NCBI RefSeq assembly: GCF_009914755.1
Contig: NC_060941.1
Reading direction: 5' to 3' (one strand)
From: the human T2T-CHM13v2.0 reference genome, Homo sapiens
DNA length: 64,000 nucleotides
Both the position numbers and the translations under genes were made by a program. Below the pieces are notes generated by a model, which was not told the origin of the DNA, ran no database searches, and worked only from the letters and a program-made list of their open reading frames with translations. Of the stretch, positions 61,621-64,000 are shown one piece after another. The stretch's first letter is position 1; each line of letters begins with the position of its first letter.

Positions 61621-62936
61621 AACGATGATACATTCAGGTAGTGCTTGAACACTGCTTGCTGGTGGCAAACATATGACTGACTCGTCCTGCAAGGTCTGTG
61701 TATCCCTAACAGCAGAGTTGTGGGGATTAGCAGACCCACAGCCCGGACACGGGTTGAATTGAGATTCATGCTACCTTTGTGTATGGTGAACCTGTGTGCA
61801 TGTGCAAAATAACTAAAGAGGAAGGATGAACAGGAAAGGCAAGGATGAAAACCCAGCTTCCACAGGGGAAACATCTGTGAATTGTAGCCAGGATCTGCTG
61901 ATACTAGTCATTTGAGAATCCCAAGATAGATTATCCTCTCACTCTGACCACACTGACTGTCCACAATGATTGTGCTTTACGTGTGCACAGCACTCAACAG
62001 CTTAAGACGTTGCGGGAAAGTCCCCGAACGCTTTGCATTCAGCCAGGCTCCAGGTTGGGCACAAACCCTATAGCAGAGAGCTGGCCCAGGTGCCATGCCA
62101 TCCTCACAACAATCCTATGAAGTAGGGACTGTTATTTTGCAGAGGAGGGGATTGAAGTACAGAGGAGTTAAATACCTTGCCCCAAGTCTCGCAGCCAGGA
62201 GTAACCAGGTCAGGATTCTACCCCAGAGCCCACACTCCAACCCCTCACCATGTTGTCACCCCACTTACAATAATGAATCTCTGCACCTCTGCATGGGACA
62301 AAGAGGGAAACTGAGTCTTCCAGGAGGGCTGGGCACTTGAGGCCATCCTGGCAATGGTCCCACCTCCAGCCATCCTGGAGGAGGAGCGAAGCCACTGCGT
62401 TGAGTGCGTGGGTGCAGTGGGCCAGCCAGGGAACAGGGAGGTAAAAAACCAAGGGGGCACCTCAGCTCTGAGCTGGGCAGGCCAGGCCCCACCTCATGCT
62501 TCCTCTGCCACAGCAGTCCCAGGCCAGGAGGGCACCTTGCCAGGCTCCACTGCCACCCAGAACATGGCCTCCCTGTCCTGGTCTGGGTTCTCCTCGAGTT
62601 GTATTTCCATGGCAGCCACAATGGGCAGCAGCCAGGGTGAGTCAGGCCAGGCAAGAGGAAGTGGCCACACTTGAAAATTATTAACATGCAGGGCTGAGCT
62701 TGAGTCCTTTGTTCTTGAGCAAAGACTGTAGCATTTCACTTTCAGGAAGGAGCTAGGAGGGTGGGGCAGGCTCAGAATTGCACAACCAAAGCACAGGCTC
62801 AAACACACACAGGTCCCAGGTGGAAGTCAGCTTAGACAGGCCACCTGCAGAAAAGTGCAGGCCAACCCACAGCCCCATACAGCAGGTCCACAGAGAAAAT
62901 ACAGGCCAACTCATCTCCACTGTTTTTTAAATCAGA

Positions 62937-63235
62937 GGCTGGGCACAGTATATGAAAACCTATATAATCCCAGTGCTTTGGGTGGCTGAGATGAGAGGAC
63001 CACTTGAGGCCAGGAGCTTGAGACCAGCTTGAGCAACATAGAGACCCTTTCTCTACACAAAAGGAAAAATTAGCTAGGCATGGTGGTGCACACCTGTAGT
63101 CCCGGCTATTCAGGAGGGTGAGATGGGAGGATTACTTGAGCCCAAGCGTTCAAGGCTGCAGTGAGCTATGATGGCTCCACTGCACTCCAGCCTGGGTGAC
63201 AGAGAGAGAGACCGTGTTTCAAAAAAAAAAAAAAA
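62937..63235 (+). mobile_element. AluJ-like
   Basis: Diverged dimer; TSD around AAATCAGA. Confidence 0.85.
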
Positions 63236-64000
63236 TCAGAGAGGGTTTCCAACAGGGATAAAATCAGGGTTTTTGTGGTCAAAAGTGTTCCAAGTCAGGG
63301 AGACCAAGCAAAGGAGGCACAAGGCCGGCCACAGAGGGAAGGATGGGACTCTGGGCAGCCAGACCCCAGTGGGAGCCCTGCGTCTGGGAGAGATGAAAGA
63401 CACCCCCTCACCCCAGCTGGCAGGGGGCAGCCCCAGCTCTAGGAAGACTGCCTTCCTGCACCCCCTTGCCAAAAGATGGCATCTCTCCTCCAACCATGCA
63501 GCTGTCCTGGCCCCCCTACCCCACCGCGTCTCCTAGGTGAGAAAAACACCCATAACCATCCTCACGGGCACCCAGCAACCCTGAAACACTGTGTCTCGGG
63601 CAACTTTTCGAGCTGCAGCTGTTCCCTGAAAAAGTCACACATCAGCCACCAGGAGTGGTGGGAAAGGCTGAATTCTGGAGAAGAGGGATGAAGGTTGGGG
63701 AGGTGGGAGGGAGGGAAGGGAATATGGTCACCAGAGGAAAAAAGTCAATCAACGAGGAAAAATCTGTTTCTAAAAATGTAATGCAAACAACAAAAAAACA
63801 GGCTTTGAGCAAGCCTTATAAGCCCTGGGGCCCAGGCCTGTCCTTAGTTCCCCGGGAATGGCCCCTGCTCCCCGTCCCATTTCACAGGGGTCATCAAGAG
63901 GCTAAGATTTCACTCTGCTCCCCTCCTGCACTTCAGGAGAGCTTAACCTTGAGGCCTTCAAGGAAATTGGGAGAAATGGGACCCCTGTCCTTTGGCAATT

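Overview
Human (primate) genomic DNA, recognisable as the MRPS23-CUEDC1 locus on chr17q22; the identification comes from remembered protein sequences and from splice phases I checked by hand. Both genes are on the minus strand. MRPS23 coding exons 1-4 lie at 166-9258 with a CpG-island promoter near 9.3 kb; its last exon is left of the window. The CUEDC1 CDS is complete in nine coding exons (25737-44833, 1161 nt = 386 aa + stop), followed by a 3'-UTR-only terminal exon (~20505-22545); about 19 kb of its first intron fills the right end. The rest is dense in Alu, MIR, L1, L2, MaLR and DNA-transposon relics, plus one 5'-truncated SVA. Nearly all other ORFs in the track are Alu or GC-rich artefacts. 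I see no new multi-gene biological system. The most interesting sequence-level observations are: a 57-bp tandem duplication that copies the CUEDC1 exon-2 splice donor around an in-frame stop; a chimeric insertion copied from two nearby donor sites; a U12-type intron in CUEDC1; a candidate poison exon in MRPS23; three uORFs in CUEDC1; and a perfect palindromic ERE in CUEDC1 intron 1. Repeat boundaries and subfamilies are judged by eye and are approximate.
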